A DNA stretch of 64,000 nucleotides from Eledone cirrhosa (GCA_964016885.1 OZ024741.1:208320001-208384000), one strand, 5' to 3'. Numbered from the stretch's first letter, positions 1 to 15,778 are shown. Numbers and translations are program-made. The notes: generated by a model from the sequence alone, not told the origin.

Positions 1-1128
1 CCCCTACTCTCGGAGTGTGGCCTCCAACATACCCCGGATGTTCTTCGAAGCCTTAGAGAAGTACTTCCCGCCCAACCATAAGTATAGAAAAATTCTTAAT
101 AGGAACAATATAAAAATATCCTTCTCTACTACTCCTAACCTAGCAGACATCATAGGAACAACGAACCGCAGTAAGATCACCAAGACACAGCACCTCGACA
201 CAGACGCACCTACACCTGACAATAACTATATCAGCCTTAACAACTCCCTGGCAGCATCCAATAGTGTTGGCAACGGCATCCGCAGACGCAACAAGCATAA
301 CCGCGAAATGACTGGGGAACATGCAGGACATGACGTGCGGAATAACAATCGCACCACCCCCCGTGCTGTGGGTTGTAATGGTGCTAACGACAGCTGCGGT
401 AGCGTAGGTAACAACGTAGGCAGCAACAATGATAGCCTTACCGTCGGAAATAGACGGAACCGCGACAGAAATTTCAACTGCCGCGACAGAGGACGCTGCG
501 CCCTTAGAGGATACTGCCTGACTGATAGGGTTATATATATAGATGCACTATTACTAGCCACAATAGCGTTAAACATTATATAGGGGCTACCTCCGGCCCG
601 TTCAAAATTAGGTTTCGGCACATCTCCACTCTTTCACAAATAGAAAACTAAGGCACTCCACTTCGCTCGCGGACTACATCACATCACTAAAGGATTTAAA
701 CATCAGCTTCTCCACGCACTTGGAGATTGTCGGCAGGGCTGCACCGTACAACTTCAAGAGGAAATGCGATCTTTGCCTCATGGAGCTCTACCACATCATA
801 ACTGCACCCCACGAGCTCATCAACAGCAGAGCTGAAACAGCGATAAGTTATACACATCGCTTAAAAATATCCTTCTTCAGATGGGTTAAGGATGAGGAGT
901 GAAACCGTGCAACGGATCTCCCTGCAACAAGTCTTAACACCCCGGCGGGCAGGCGCTGCAAAATCAAAACAAGCTATTTAACCCCCAAAACTCTTTCCGA
1001 GCAATGTAAGGAACACTTTTGATTATTTATGCCCTTGAGAAGCCCAACTGGGCGAAACGTACGTAGGTGCTGTTTTAAATAAACATGTTTTAACGGTCTA
1101 TTCTCCGATTTCTTACTTTCCCACGTGC
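1..1128 (+). mobile_element. Naiad-type Penelope-like element, 3' part (thumb, N-rich linker, frameshifted GIY-YIG, 3' pLTR)
   Basis: ORF 17-583 has FPPNHKYRKILNRNNIKISFSTTPNL and FNCRDRGRCALRGYCL; ORF 720-902 has RKCDLCLMELYHI. Ends at (TA)n after an HHR. Confidence 0.88.
1031..1070 (+). ncRNA. type-I hammerhead ribozyme, U3-A8 core variant
   Basis: gccc TTGAGAA gccc-aact-gggc GAAAC gtac GTA ggtgc; palindromic stem III ACGTACGT; stem I needs a bulge. Confidence 0.65.
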
Positions 1129-1166
1129 TATATATATATATATATTATATATAATCTATTGATGTT

Positions 1167-1320
1167 CATACATGGAACAATATCGCTACCCCAGGTTTCA
1201 TGGTAACAAACTCGTATTAGCGCCTGAATAATGGTCACTATTTTGATACCTTTTGTTTTCTGGAGGTATAGTCAAATTTGTACCTTGAAACCTTCGGCAG
1301 CGCTATTGTTCCATGTGTAT
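1167..1320 (+). mobile_element. tiny fold-back PLE-terminus relic with degenerate HHR
   Basis: 1167-1212 is an imperfect inverse of about 1277-1320; tagcgc CTGAATA...GAAAC cttcg GCA gcgcta (1218-1305); flanked by (TA)n. Confidence 0.5.
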
Positions 1321-1336
1321 ATATATATATATATAT

Positions 1337-1410
1337 ATGAGAGTCGGCTGAAAAGTTCATATGCGGCTCATAGTGTAACCAAATGAGGTTTATTTTAACC
1401 ATAGTCCCTC
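1337..1410 (+). mobile_element. mariner terminal inverted repeat fragment
   Basis: tatgagagtcggctgaaaagttcata resembles the mariner end tacgagggtgggctgaaaagttcata at 20438. Confidence 0.5.
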
Positions 1411-1524
1411 AAAAGAAACAGTGTAGTTATTAATAAAAAAGTTGAGATATATGCATACAAGATTTCACACCTCTAGTATTACGCTTCATCGTTTCACTCT
1501 ACCCTCGTATATATATATCATAAA

Positions 1525-1673
<149 letters not shown>

Positions 1674-2815
1674 TCTAGAATACTAAAATATTCTCTTTGT
1701 ATGTTCGTATATGTTCAATATTTGGCTGGAACAATTCATTCTGCAGCAGGAAAATTTAGATCAGAAGACAAGACTATTCTCTTGTCAGGAGATTAAGCTG
1801 GAGTGGCCCTTATCTTGATTAAGTTAGCAAACGGGCCCTTTAGGTGTGGGCACCCATAAACGAATAAACGTACGACTTTTGACGTCAAGATTTATCATCT
1901 CACACGCTAAAGTCACGAGGGTACCGACAAGGATTCCTTTTATCAACAACTTCATGACGCAGTCAATGATTGAAACCAATAAAAGAATAAAGTCATGATG
2001 TTTGGTTGAATTTTCAATTGATACAATCAATATTGAAATATTTTAATATAAAAAATATGCCTGGAGTTTCTCTGATTGTTATTGTCTATTTTTAATGTTG
2101 TAAACGAAATATTTTGTTTAATATTAACTTTCTTATCAAATAACATATTTTACATACTTTTGTAAATGTTATTTGAAATATGTTAGCTTAAATTTGGATA
2201 ACTCAGACACAATCAAGTACATGTATGCATATTTTGACTACTTTCTGGTTACTACACTCAATAGCTAAGAGTTTGCTTTTGTCTGTATATCATACTTTAT
2301 ATATGTTGCATAAAAATTATCTCCGACTCTCTCTCTCAAACAAATACAATGTTTGTGAAATTTTGAGTCTAACTCGTCCCTCTTTCTTCATCTTTCTCTG
2401 TTCATATATTAATCTCAAACCGCCACCATCTAACCAATGTTGTAACGATCCTACACCTTCGACCATCCAATGTCTTAGTGAAATGTTTCCAAACGAACTT
2501 CTTTTTAAGTGTTTCAAACGTTACGATTCTCATTCAAAAAAAGAATGACCAATTCAGTGTATTGTTTCTCATCAATGCTTGATACCATTTTATTATAGAG
2601 GTCCATGTAACCTAAAATAGATAATATTAGATATATATAAATATATCGTTCACTACTTAAAATTATATATGCTGTGCAATAATGTGAAATTAGACAAAGG
2701 TATTTCGGCCATGAGCATCCAGGTTTCTTTGAAATATGTTATATACATATGATGCATTTATGCTGAAGTACCATGATTTTTAATAATCAAACTACCAACA
2801 AATTCCGCGTATGTA

Positions 2816-2904
<89 letters not shown>

Positions 2905-2948
2905 AAGTTAAATAAAAGTCAAATGATTAAAATTTAGCTTCGTTTATT

Positions 2949-3003
2949 ACTGCTATATATATTTCAGTGACAGCCATCTTTGGCTGTGACCTCTTCAGGC
3001 AGT
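2949..3003 (-). ncRNA. type-I hammerhead ribozyme
   Basis: Minus strand: actgc CTGAAGA g-gtcacagcca-aaga-tggctgtcac-t GAAA tatata TA gcagt. Confidence 0.85.
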
Positions 3004-4194
3004 TTGAATTAGTATGGTATAGACAAGTACATATGTTGTTTAGGTGTATGATATTGTCAATACTCTGATATGCCCAGTTCCTTGCTGGGTTGTTAATTCA
3101 CTGGGGAACTGGAGTCATATGAATTCAAACAAACGAATTTTCGTGTCACAGGTCCCCTTCTCCTCTCATTGGTCAGTTATTAGTGTTGTCATTGTTGGAG
3201 TTAGCTTAAAAATTGATAAAATGGTAGAAGGGACAAGGTGTTGAAGGAACAAAATATCAAAAAAATGTGTCAAACTTCCCATTGTTCAGTTCTGAGAGCA
3301 TTCCTCAGTCAGAAGTCTATAGAATTCTTTCTGGGGTGAGGCTCCCTGTAGTGTTTATGCCTGCTATTGTTCAGTACATTTGACCTCCACCATTATTTTG
3401 GTACTGTTGTTGTTGTAGTGGTCAGCTTATACCTTGCTGCTGCTAACAATTTAGAAGTATTCAGTTTGTGTTTTCTCTTCATCCCACCCGCCACCATCGT
3501 AGTGGTGGTGGCGGGGGGGGGGGGGGTTCTTTCGTGTATATGAAGAAATATAAGGCAATAAATGAAGAAAACAGAAGATAAATAAATAATATAATAAAAT
3601 AAAATAATTAATATAATTTGTGTAATTTGAAAATAAATAAATAAATAGAGAATAAAGAATAAAGAGTAAATGAGAGATTGGTGAAAAAGTAATGATAATG
3701 TATATGGAGAAGTGAGAAATAATGTAGGATAAAGTGTGTGTGTGTGTGTGTGCTATAACCAATCTCAAGGTCAGAATATGTTGGATAGATTGGTATGATA
3801 CAAGATGTTAAGATGAGATATTCAATGTGTTTGTGTTATAATCTATCTCAACTTAAAATAAATATAAGGTTATACAGTGAAGAGGGCAGAAAACAAATAA
3901 CAAATTAATAAAGAGAAATCAAGATTTAAGATTGGAACTTTAAAGTCAGAAATCTGGTAAATTAAAAGTGTTTGTGTTATAGATGTTGGCCAGATTATTA
4001 TGGCTGTGTCCGATTCTATCTCTAGGCTATCATGGTGTCTGCTCCGCCTGAGTTGTTCCCTATGGCTTGAGGGGAGTTCACAACCTAGGGTGTTGTAATT
4101 GTCCATATAGCTTGAGGGAGGTCTGGCCGAGAGGTGTTTTCATGTTCTGTAGAAGTCCCTATAGCTTGAGGGGAATTCACATCTTCTTGTGTTG

Positions 4195-4650
4195 CTACTG
4201 TCCATATATTTTGAGAAAGGTCCCGGCTCTAAGGTGTCTGCATGTCCCGAAGAAGTCGGTTCTGAGGTTTATCAGGCCGCTTCCACCTCTTAGTATCTCG
4301 AGGGTCTCGTTCAGGCATAGTTTGCATATGCAAGATCCCCCTTTATCGGGTGGTACTTTCCTGATTATGTACCAGGCCAGAGAGTATGGGGTCCTGTCCA
4401 GCTTAAGCTTCCAGATCAGGTCGGAGAGAGCTGTGCTTTTCCTTTTGGCCTCCTTCTTGAATGAATGGCGATGGTTGTACCAGCGGTCCTTAAAGCTCGT
4501 TGATGTGGCTCCTATGTAGAGGTGTTCGGAGTTGGGGGTTTTAACCCTACAACCGTACACTATGTTCTTCTTGAGATATTCATTACCAAGGGGGCATGAT
4601 TCGGGGTTTCTACAGTTGCAGAGGGTGGGCGGTCTCTGCGTGCTTAGATT
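4195..4650 (-). pseudogene. PLE GIY-YIG endonuclease domain fragment
   Basis: CNCRNPESCPLGNE upstream of VYGCRVKT..YIGATSTSFKDRWYNH...CKLCLNE. Confidence 0.88.
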
Positions 4651-4735
4651 AGGGTTCTCATTATGTGTTATATATATATATGTTTATAAATATATATATA
4701 TGTATATATATATATATGTATATATATATGTATAT

Positions 4736-5431
4736 AAATATAAGTATGTATACGTACATACATATATGTATACAGACTTACAGTAGTATGTATATATATA
4801 CATACATGCACACATATATATGTGTACGTATGGATTTACCGAACATTTATTATAATGCTCGGTGTGTTTGTAAACAAACATCCCGAATTAAGCCGTACAG
4901 TGTTTAGCTACCATCGTTGCTCTTTTGTTCAACACTGACATACTACTTTACGTCTGTATACATATATGTATGTACGTATACATACTTATATTTAATTAAC
5001 AGCCGTACTAAGAGTGAGAAATGAAATTTCATTTCATTTTTTCCATTGATCGTTTTCGGTGCGCCCAGCCGATTAACTCACTCGATATGCAAATTAGGCT
5101 GCTCAGCCGTTAATATGCATAAGGAAAGTATATACTTTCAGACGTTCAATCATCTGGCAGGAAGGTATACGGTGCTGACGATAGCTAATAAGATTGAAAC
5201 TAGTACATCGTTCCTTTGTCAGTGTTGAACAAAAGGGCAACGATGGTTGCTAAACACTGTACGGCTTAATTCGGGATGTTTGTTTACAAACAAACCGAGT
5301 ATTATAATAAATGTTCGGTAAATCCATACGTACATATATATATGCATGTATGTATATATATACATACTACTGTAAGTCTGTATACATATATGTATGTACG
5401 TATACATACTTATATTTAAGTAACAGCCGTA
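4736..5431 (+). mobile_element. non-coding HHR retrozyme-like element, family A (inverted arm plus ~1.15 units of ~424 bp)
   Basis: 4736-4940 is the reverse complement of 5217-5418; 4941-5007 is repeated at 5365-5431; homologous to the 55.8-58.2 kb array unit. Confidence 0.85.
5169..5211 (+). ncRNA. minimal type-I hammerhead ribozyme
   Basis: acggtg CTGACGA tagctaataagatt GAAAC ta GTA catcgt. Confidence 0.8.
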
Positions 5432-5442
5432 TATATATATAT

Positions 5443-5603
5443 GTTATTCCCGGTTGAATAAGTAAGGTACTCAATACATAAAAGTATAAAAGTTTTAATA
5501 TAGAAGAGCTTCTACAGGACTAGAACTGTTTCATTCGTGAGAAAACATCAGCGCTTCCTGGTGATTCTTCACGAATGAATCAGTACTAGTCCTGTAGAAT
5601 CTC

Positions 5604-5608
<5 letters not shown>
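5443..5608. mobile_element. palindromic double-HHR micro-element (decayed copy)
   Basis: 5501-5608 is a near-perfect palindrome of two back-to-back HHR motifs; second copy at 32652-32838. Confidence 0.7.
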
Positions 5609-5661
<53 letters not shown>

Positions 5662-5847
5662 ATGTATATATGTATGTACGTAAGTACAAACGTACATACG
5701 TCTGCACGTAAGTATGTATATAGATATATACATATTTCAAATGTAGTCGTCTCAATGTAAATAACTACAATAATAATTGATTGGATGTTCACATATACAT
5801 ATGTCTGTATATATGTATATATATATATGTATATATATATATACACA

Positions 5848-6046
5848 CGAGATGTGAGAAAAACCACAGACCCTCCATCTCAACTCTACTTTGGAAAAGC
5901 AGTAGAACTGTGAAACCGGTAAAGGAATCAAATAGATATATATATTTAAAGACTCCAGTTGCATTTTCGATTTCATCTTTTTTCCTTATACTTTCACTAG
6001 TGTAGGACACCTCGGTTATTTTTCATTTTGTAAAAAAAAACCTCAC

Positions 6047-6053
<7 letters not shown>
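5848..6053 (+). mobile_element. solo 3' pLTR fragment of the Neptune family (mutated HHR 5888-5925)
   Basis: Matches 15741-15955 and ends at the same ...cctcactttctaa(TA)n. Confidence 0.85.
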
Positions 6054-8143
<2,090 letters not shown>

Positions 8144-8642
8144 AAAGTGTTTTTTTCTAAAACAGAATTGAACTGCAAGAGATCCTTTGAACTCAATGAC
8201 CAAACTATCTCAGATAAATAACAATTTGGGTAATCCAGTACGCGAGGTGGGGTGGCTGTTGCAGCGGGTGTCGCTGGCCATTTTTCCGCAGGAATGCTTT
8301 GCAGTCTTGTCCGCGGGGTGCATCACCTTTCCCACTCCACCCAAACCCAGAGCACAACCAAGCCCCTCCTCCTTCTTCTGTGACAATAGAGTTCTTGCCA
8401 GTCCCTCCTTTTTTCGTTTGTTTTCTTTTTTTCTTTTTCTATGAAACTTTATTTACATATGTTCCATAAACAAAATTACCCAATAATAAAAAAAAAACAT
8501 TGGATTCTCACGACTGTTAGGCATTTCATCATAATTCTGCTTGATCATTTCATCATAAATCTGCTTGATATATTATAATATATTTTATTACATTATATGT
8601 ATCACAACGTATATTCGACCAATGGAACTATGACGTCAATAA

Positions 8643-8770
8643 CAATTTCTATTTTAGGCCCAAGGCAAGTCATTTTGATGGGAGAAGAAAACCGATTAAA
8701 TCGAGCCCAGAAGGATTTAAGGCAAACCTAACCTCAGTGGGATTTGAACTCAGAACGTAAAGATCCATAA
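8643..8770 (-). mobile_element. degenerate tRNA-derived SINE fragment
   Basis: ggcaaacctaacctcagtgggatttgaactcagaacgtaaag is the reverse of the B-box region of the SINE at 41.5 and 43 kb. Confidence 0.6.
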
Positions 8771-9430
8771 CTATACACCAGACAACATGTCCGACGTTCA
8801 GGTAATTTTGCCCTCGATCCCTCTAGTGCCAGCAACACTGATGGCAATAGCGTTCAATGTATTTAATTTTTGGAGATCAGGATTGGAATGCCTTATATAC
8901 CCGGATCACTGGATATATGGACAAAAACAACAGACTGAGAAATGTGTGTTTTGATGAATTAATTGTTTGCATAAAAGAAACCCTATAATTTATGTTGATT
9001 ACTAATACGTGAACATTAAATATAAGAATGATACTTTAATAATTTAGTTCTTGGATATAGTTATATAAATGTTTAGCATCTATGTACAATTGACTTACAG
9101 GATTAAAGATAGCGTTAAAATCAAGAAACCTGTGATTGGAAAATTAACTTATCGTAGTAACATGACTGAAATACATTGTGTGTATATGTATATATGTTTG
9201 CATGAGTAAATTTTAAAGAGTTACAGAAGGGATTTATATACAAACACACATGGTATATTAATACGCTTTGTGATATATTATATATTATACTAGCGAACTA
9301 CGTGTAAAAAATGACGGGGCTATATATATTTCCTTCCAGTAATTTTTAATCTTTCTGCTCTATTTTCCTAATGTGTTTTAATTTGTCTTCTTTCATTTAT
9401 CCTTTTTATTTTTACACCGAGCAACGTTCC

Positions 9431-9490
<60 letters not shown>

Positions 9491-10261
9491 TAGTGTGCGC
9501 GTCTTGTCGTTTGGCAGCTATTCCACTCACCAATCATATCATCCATTGACTTCATCTTGTAATAATCTTAGCCTTCTTTTCACAATTTAGTTGAGCTATT
9601 ATTTGTGATATGGTGGTGGTGGGGCCGTTCTTGAGGTGGTGGTGATTTTAATTCTGGTGGGGGTAGGAGTGATAGCGTTAGTGGGTGATGGTGGTAATGT
9701 GATGAAGTGCACAACACCACAACCAAATGAGCGCCGTACATCTTCACCACACTATGACCACCAGCATATCATCATATTACCAGCTCAACCTCATCAACAC
9801 ATAACCACCATATCATCGCGAAATCACCACCCCATCACCACAATACAACACCACCACCTATATCACCATCACGTTCATAACAATAACCATACAAACACAA
9901 CACACAGATAACGATACACACAAACATACCCACATTTAGACAAACCTCCAGGCGTCTGTCCTACTTTTTACATCTTAACTGATAGAGGTAGCATATGAAG
10001 GAAGATGACTTTTATCCTGGGGGATCTATTTTATTACTCCAACAGAAACAAGCTCTCATTATGTACATATAATAATAAAGTAATGTGCAGGATTGCTTTC
10101 AATAATAATTAAAGGGCTGATAATGACAGCAAAAATTATTTTTTATCAGAAGGATCTGAAACAAAAAACGAGTAGCCACTTACACAGACCAGCTTTGTAA
10201 ACAGACACATACATACATACATTCATACATGCACACACATATATATGCATGAAAGATGCAT

Positions 10262-10308
<47 letters not shown>

Positions 10309-10380
10309 AAGAAAAAGGGATGAAATCGAAAATGCAACTGAAGTCTTATTTTTTTTTAAAATATATATATTTATTTGGTT

Positions 10381-10418
10381 CCTTTACCGGTTTCGCAGTT
10401 CTTCTGCTTTTCAAAAGG
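10381..10418 (-). ncRNA. minimal hammerhead ribozyme, U3-A8 variant
   Basis: Minus strand: cctt TTGAAAA gcag-aagaa-ctgc GAAAC cg GTA aagg. Confidence 0.8.
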
Positions 10419-11459
10419 TGAGTTGAGATGGAGGGTCTGTGGTTTTTCTCACATCTGGTTGGTCTCTAAATGTTACTTGTTTTATATGGAAAAAGTGGCT
10501 CGAAAACCAGGTTTTTCGAGAAGTAATTTGATTGGTTTGTCAATAATTATAATAAATTTCGCGCCAGTTCGCGTAACAATAGTTCTTCAAATAAGAGAGG
10601 GGGGGGTTGTCACAGGTTGTTTTTTTCATATATGAGTGTTTGAATTTCTTTTTACTTGAAAAAATGAGGCTCACGAAGGCTTTTTTTTGGTTGGTTATAA
10701 ATGAAATTTGGCTGTCACGTGAACAAGTTTTCATTACATTTTTGCGCCCTTATTTGGAAAACTATTCTGTAGTCTTTGTCTTTATAGTGAATGTTATGAC
10801 AATGGAGAGATAGTGGTCAAGGGAAAAGGGATTGGGAGAAATGTTCTGGTTCAGTGAATATGGCCAGCTGTCAGAGTTCAGGTGTCAGAGTTCAGATTTT
10901 CTATTGAGACTGAAGATATGTGTTTATTTGTGTGCTTGTGTGTGTGTATATATGTGTGTGTGTATGTGTATGTGTGTATTGGAAGATGATTCTATTAGTA
11001 GAGATGGGGGAGGGAGTTGTGTGTGTGTGTATATGGGTGTTATGTGTGTGTGTGCGAGTATGTTAGATAGAGAGAATATATATTTTGTGTGTGTGTGTAT
11101 ATATATATGTGTAGGAAAGTGGTTCTATTAGTAGAAATGGGGAGGGTGTTGTAGGTGTGGGGATTGTTATGTGTGTGTATGGGTGTTATGTGTGTGGGAG
11201 TATGGTTAGCATGTTAAGATGAAGAGAATATATATATATATATATATTGTGTGTGTGTGTATGTGTGTGTGTAGGAAAATGATTCCTTTAGTAGGAATAT
11301 TTTTGAATGAACATATTTTCCTGACTTTTTCGTGTTTGCTGTTGTATTGCCAGTGCAAACGTATGTTTAAGGTTTATTTAGTTCGGGTTTTTATTTTCTA
11401 AAGTAGAAGGTGTTATGTGTGTGTGTGTATGTCATATTGTGGTGTTGACATAATGTATA

Positions 11460-13718
11460 TTAAACCTTATTTAATGTTGGTCTATATTTTTGAATAAACA
11501 TATTTTCCTTATTTATTCGCATTTGTTCTGTTGTATTGTTAGCGCAAAGGTAAAATGGGAAGACTTGGAATTTGGGTGTCTTATTACTTGCGCAAATGTC
11601 TAGATGTGCACTTAGTGGTATCTGTCTCGTGGTTGGATCTCGTAATTGTTGGCGATGAACTGTCATTCTGTTTCTGAGTGTGAGTTTAGTTTGTCCTATA
11701 TAATCTTCATTGCATCCTTTACATTTAATGGCATAAATTAGATTTTTTGATGAGCAAGTGAAGTGATTTTTTACAGTAAAATTTTGTCCTGATTTAAATG
11801 TATACGTGTTGCCTTCAATGAGGTGAGTGCAGGTTCCACAATTAGAGCGACACATTTTTTGATACTTGGTTGTGGGTTTGTGGTAGGTAATTTGGCATTG
11901 GTGAGTAATGTTTTCAGTGATTTTGGTTGTCTTTTGCTTTTGATTATTTTGTGTGTTTCAAGGGCTTTTTTCATTCCTGGGTTTTGTTTTAGTAGTGGGA
12001 TGTTATTGTGAATAGTGTTGTAAGCTTCCGCATTTCTTGGGTTGTGTGTTGAGATATATGATAGAATATTGGACGTACCTTGAATTTGTTTCTGTTTCCG
12101 TAATTCATCAATGCCTATTGCTTTAGCCCTTTCTATTCCATTATTTATTAGTAATAGTGGGTACTCTCTCTCAAGTAGAATTTCCTTTAATTCTTGAAGT
12201 CTTTTATTTCGCGTTTCATAATTGGAGACAATTGTGCAAATTCTTCTTGCTAGGTTAAAAGGAATGTTCGTCTTCGTGTGCTTTGGATGGTTGGGGGTGA
12301 ATAGCAGATATTGTTTGGAATCTGTTGGTTTGTAGTGTATGTCAGTTTCGATATTTGTGTCTTTTTTTTGTGATTAAGATGTCCAGAAATGGGAGTTGAT
12401 CTTGGCTGTATTCCATTGTGAATTGGATGTGGTTATTGATGCCGTTTATTAAGTTTTTGAAATCCTTCAGTTGGTCGAGTGTGTGGGACCAAAGAATGAG
12501 GCAATCATCCAAGTAGCGTTTCCAATTCTCTGATAAATATTTGTGGAAGTTCAATCCGTATTTTGATTTGGACTGTTCATATATCTGGACTTCTAAGTAT
12601 GCCATGACTAAGTTGGCATAAGTTGGAGCGGCTTTTGTGCCCATCGCAGTCCCCGATATTTGCTTGTAAGTATTGCCATCGAAATCAAAAAAGTTGTTCT
12701 GTAGGATGAATTTTAATCCCTCGGTGATGAAGCTTTTTTCTATTCTGTCAGGTATCTCATTGGGATATTTCTCTAGCCAGAATCCTATTGCTTCTAGTCC
12801 GTATTGGTGTGGGATCGTTGTGTAGAGATTCACTACATCGAAAGACACAATAATAGTGTCGTTGTTGACATGTTTGGGGAGGTGGTTTAAGAGGTCCAGA
12901 TCGTCTCTTACAAGGCTTGGTATGTGTTTCAGTATTGGTTTCAGTAGTATGTCTATAAAGTTGCTCAATCTGTGTGTTTCACATTGTGGGCCCGCTACAA
13001 TTGGTCTTAATTTAAGGTCTGTGGGGTAGTGTGTGTTCACGCAGGCTGAGGTGGATTGTTTACAGGCATCGTTGATTATTTTACATTTGTGGATCTTCGG
13101 AAGTCCGTAAAGGTTGCTGGTTTTGTATTCAAAATTTGTTAAATAATCGCGTTCCTTTTTAGTTAGGTCTTCCTGGTATCGATAAATCAGTGTGTTTAAT
13201 TTGGTCATTATTTTTGATTGCTGGTAGTTTTTTACTCTTTCATAGTAATTAGCATTTTGTAAGAGAGAGAACATAGAATTTTTATATTTTTCAGCCTCCA
13301 TAATGACAACAGTACTTCCCTTGTCCGCTTCCTTAATTACAATGTCCGGATTGTTTTTTAGTTCATGGATAATCTCCCATTCCCTTCGACTTGTGTTGGG
13401 TTTGGGTTTAGGTTGCGGTAGTTCATTGTATGGGAAGGTAGCTATGTGGTCACAAAATTTGTCCAGAACTCTGTTTCTACCTTTTGTTGGGTTGTAGCTG
13501 CTTTTATTCCGTACAATTGATTCGTCGTTATTCTCCTTGTCAAAGAATTCCTCTGTGAGACGTAATTTTCTACAGAAGTGTGAGATATCGTCATTTATCT
13601 CGTTGGGGTTAGGATATTGTGGTGTTGGTGTGAATTTCAGACCTTTGGAGAGAATTTTTACTTGTTGGGCTGAGAGGTTTGTATTTGAAATGTTAATTAT
13701 TTTCGGTTTTTCACACAC
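11460..13718 (-). pseudogene. Neptune PLE RT + GIY-YIG polyprotein (5'-truncated, frameshifts near 12361 and 11852)
   Basis: LSKGLKFTPTP, ADKG, LYGLPKIHK, RPIVAG, SFDVVNLYTTIP, GTAMGTKAAPTYANL, RYLDD; C-terminal CxxC and NLIYAIKC..YIGQT. Confidence 0.93.
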
Positions 13719-13780
13719 TCGACCAACTGAAGGATTTCAAAAACTTAATAAACGGCATCAATAACCACACCCAATTCACA

Positions 13781-14737
13781 ATGGAATACAGCCAAGATCA
13801 ACTCCCATTTCTGGACATCTTAATCACAAAAAAAGACACAAATATCGAAACTGACATACACTACAAACCAACAGATTTCAAACAATATCTGCTATTCACC
13901 TCCAACCATCCAAAGCACACGAAGACGAACATTCCTTTTAACCTAGCAAGAAGAATTTGCACAATTGTCTCCAATTATGAAACGCGAAATAAAAGACTTC
14001 AAGAATTAAAGGAAATTCTACTTGAGAGAGAGTACCCACTATTACTAATAAATAATGGAATAGAAAGGGCTAAAGCAATAGGCATTGATGAATTACGGAA
14101 ACAGAAACAAATTCAAGGTACGTCCAATATTCTATCATATATCTCAACACACAACCCAAGAAATGCGGAAGCTTACAACACTATTCACAATAACATCCCA
14201 CTACTAAAACAAAACCCAAGAATGAAAAAAGCCCTTGAAACACACAAAATAATCAAAAGCAAAAGACAACCAAAATCACTGAAAACATTACTCACCAATG
14301 CCAAATTACCTACCACAAACCCACAACCAAGTATCAAAAAATGTGGTCGCTCTAATTGTGGAACCTGCACTCACCTCATTGAAGGCAACACGTATACATT
14401 TAAATCAGGACAAAATTTTACTGTAAAAAATCACTTCACTTGCTCATCAAAAAATCTAATATATGCCATTAAATGTAAAGGATGCAATGAAGATTATATA
14501 GGACAAACTAAACTCACACTCAGAAACAGAATGACAGTTCATCGCCAACAATTACGAGATCCAACCACGAGACAGATACCACTAAGTGCACATCTAGACA
14601 TTTGCGCAAGTAATAAGACACCCAAATTCCAAGTCTTCCCATTTTACCTTTGCGCTAACAATACAACAGAACAAATGCGAATAAATAAGGAAAATATGTT
14701 TATTCAAAAATATAGACCAACATTAAATAAGGTTTAA
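13781..14737 (+). CDS. uninterrupted C-terminal part (thumb + GIY-YIG) of the same Neptune polyprotein in the inverted arm
   Basis: 318-aa ORF LPFLDILI...HP...CGRSNCGTC...YIGQTKLTLRNRMTVH. Confidence 0.85.
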   Translation: MEYSQDQLPFLDILITKKDTNIETDIHYKPTDFKQYLLFTSNHPKHTKTNIPFNLARRICTIVSNYETRNKRLQELKEILLEREYPLLLINNGIERAKAIGIDELRKQKQIQGTSNILSYISTHNPRNAEAYNTIHNNIPLLKQNPRMKKALETHKIIKSKRQPKSLKTLLTNAKLPTTNPQPSIKKCGRSNCGTCTHLIEGNTYTFKSGQNFTVKNHFTCSSKNLIYAIKCKGCNEDYIGQTKLTLRNRMTVHRQQLRDPTTRQIPLSAHLDICASNKTPKFQVFPFYLCANNTTEQMRINKENMFIQKYRPTLNKV

Positions 14738-15231
14738 TATACATTATGTCAACACCACAATATGACATACACACACACACATAACACCTTCTACTTTAGA
14801 AAATAAAAACCCGAACTAAATAAACCTTAAACATACGTTTGCACTGGCAATACAACAGCAAACACGAAAAAGTCAGGAAAATATGTTCATTCAAAAATAT
14901 TCCTACTAAAGGAATCATTTTCCTACACACACACATACACACACACACAATATATATATATATATATATTCTCTTCATCTTAACATGCTAACCATACTCC
15001 CACACACATAACACCCATACACACACATAACAACCCCCACACCTACAACACCCTCCCCATTTCTACTAATAGAACCACTTTCCTACACACATATATATAT
15101 ATACACACACACAAAAAATATATATTCTCTCTATCTAACATACTCGCACACACACACATAACACCCATATATACACACACACAACTCCCTCCCCCATCTC
15201 TACTAATAGAATCATCTTCCAATACACACAT

Positions 15232-15264
<33 letters not shown>

Positions 15265-15778
15265 AGCACACAAATAAACACATATCTTCAGTCTCAATAG
15301 AAAATCTGAACTCTGACACCTGAACTCTGACAGCTGGCCATATTCACTGAACCAGAACATTTTTCCCAATCCCTTTTCCCTTGACCACTATCTCTCCATT
15401 GTCATAACATTCACTATAAAGACTACAGAATAGTTTTCCAAATAAGGGCGCAAAAATGTAATGAAAACTTGTTCACGTGACAGCCAAATTTCATTTATAA
15501 CCAACCAAAAAAAAGCCTTCGTGAGCCTCATTTTTTCAAGTAAAAAGAAATTCAAACACTCATATATGAAAAAACAACCTGTGACAACCCCCCCCCCCTC
15601 TCTTATTTGAAGAACTATTGTTACGCGAACTGGCGCGAAATTTATTATAATTATTGACAAACCAATCAAATTACTTCTCGAAAAACCTGGTTTTCGAGCC
15701 ACTTTTTCCATATAAAACAAGTAACATTTAGAGACCAACCAGATGTGAGAAAAACCACAGACCCTCCATCTCAATTCA

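Larger units (their letters stand above)
2900..4665 (-). mobile_element. 5'-truncated Naiad-type PLE (GIY-YIG end plus 1.3-kb 3' UTR)
   Basis: GIY-YIG ORF 4195-4560, terminal HHR then AATAAA; both ends at (TA)n. Confidence 0.85.
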
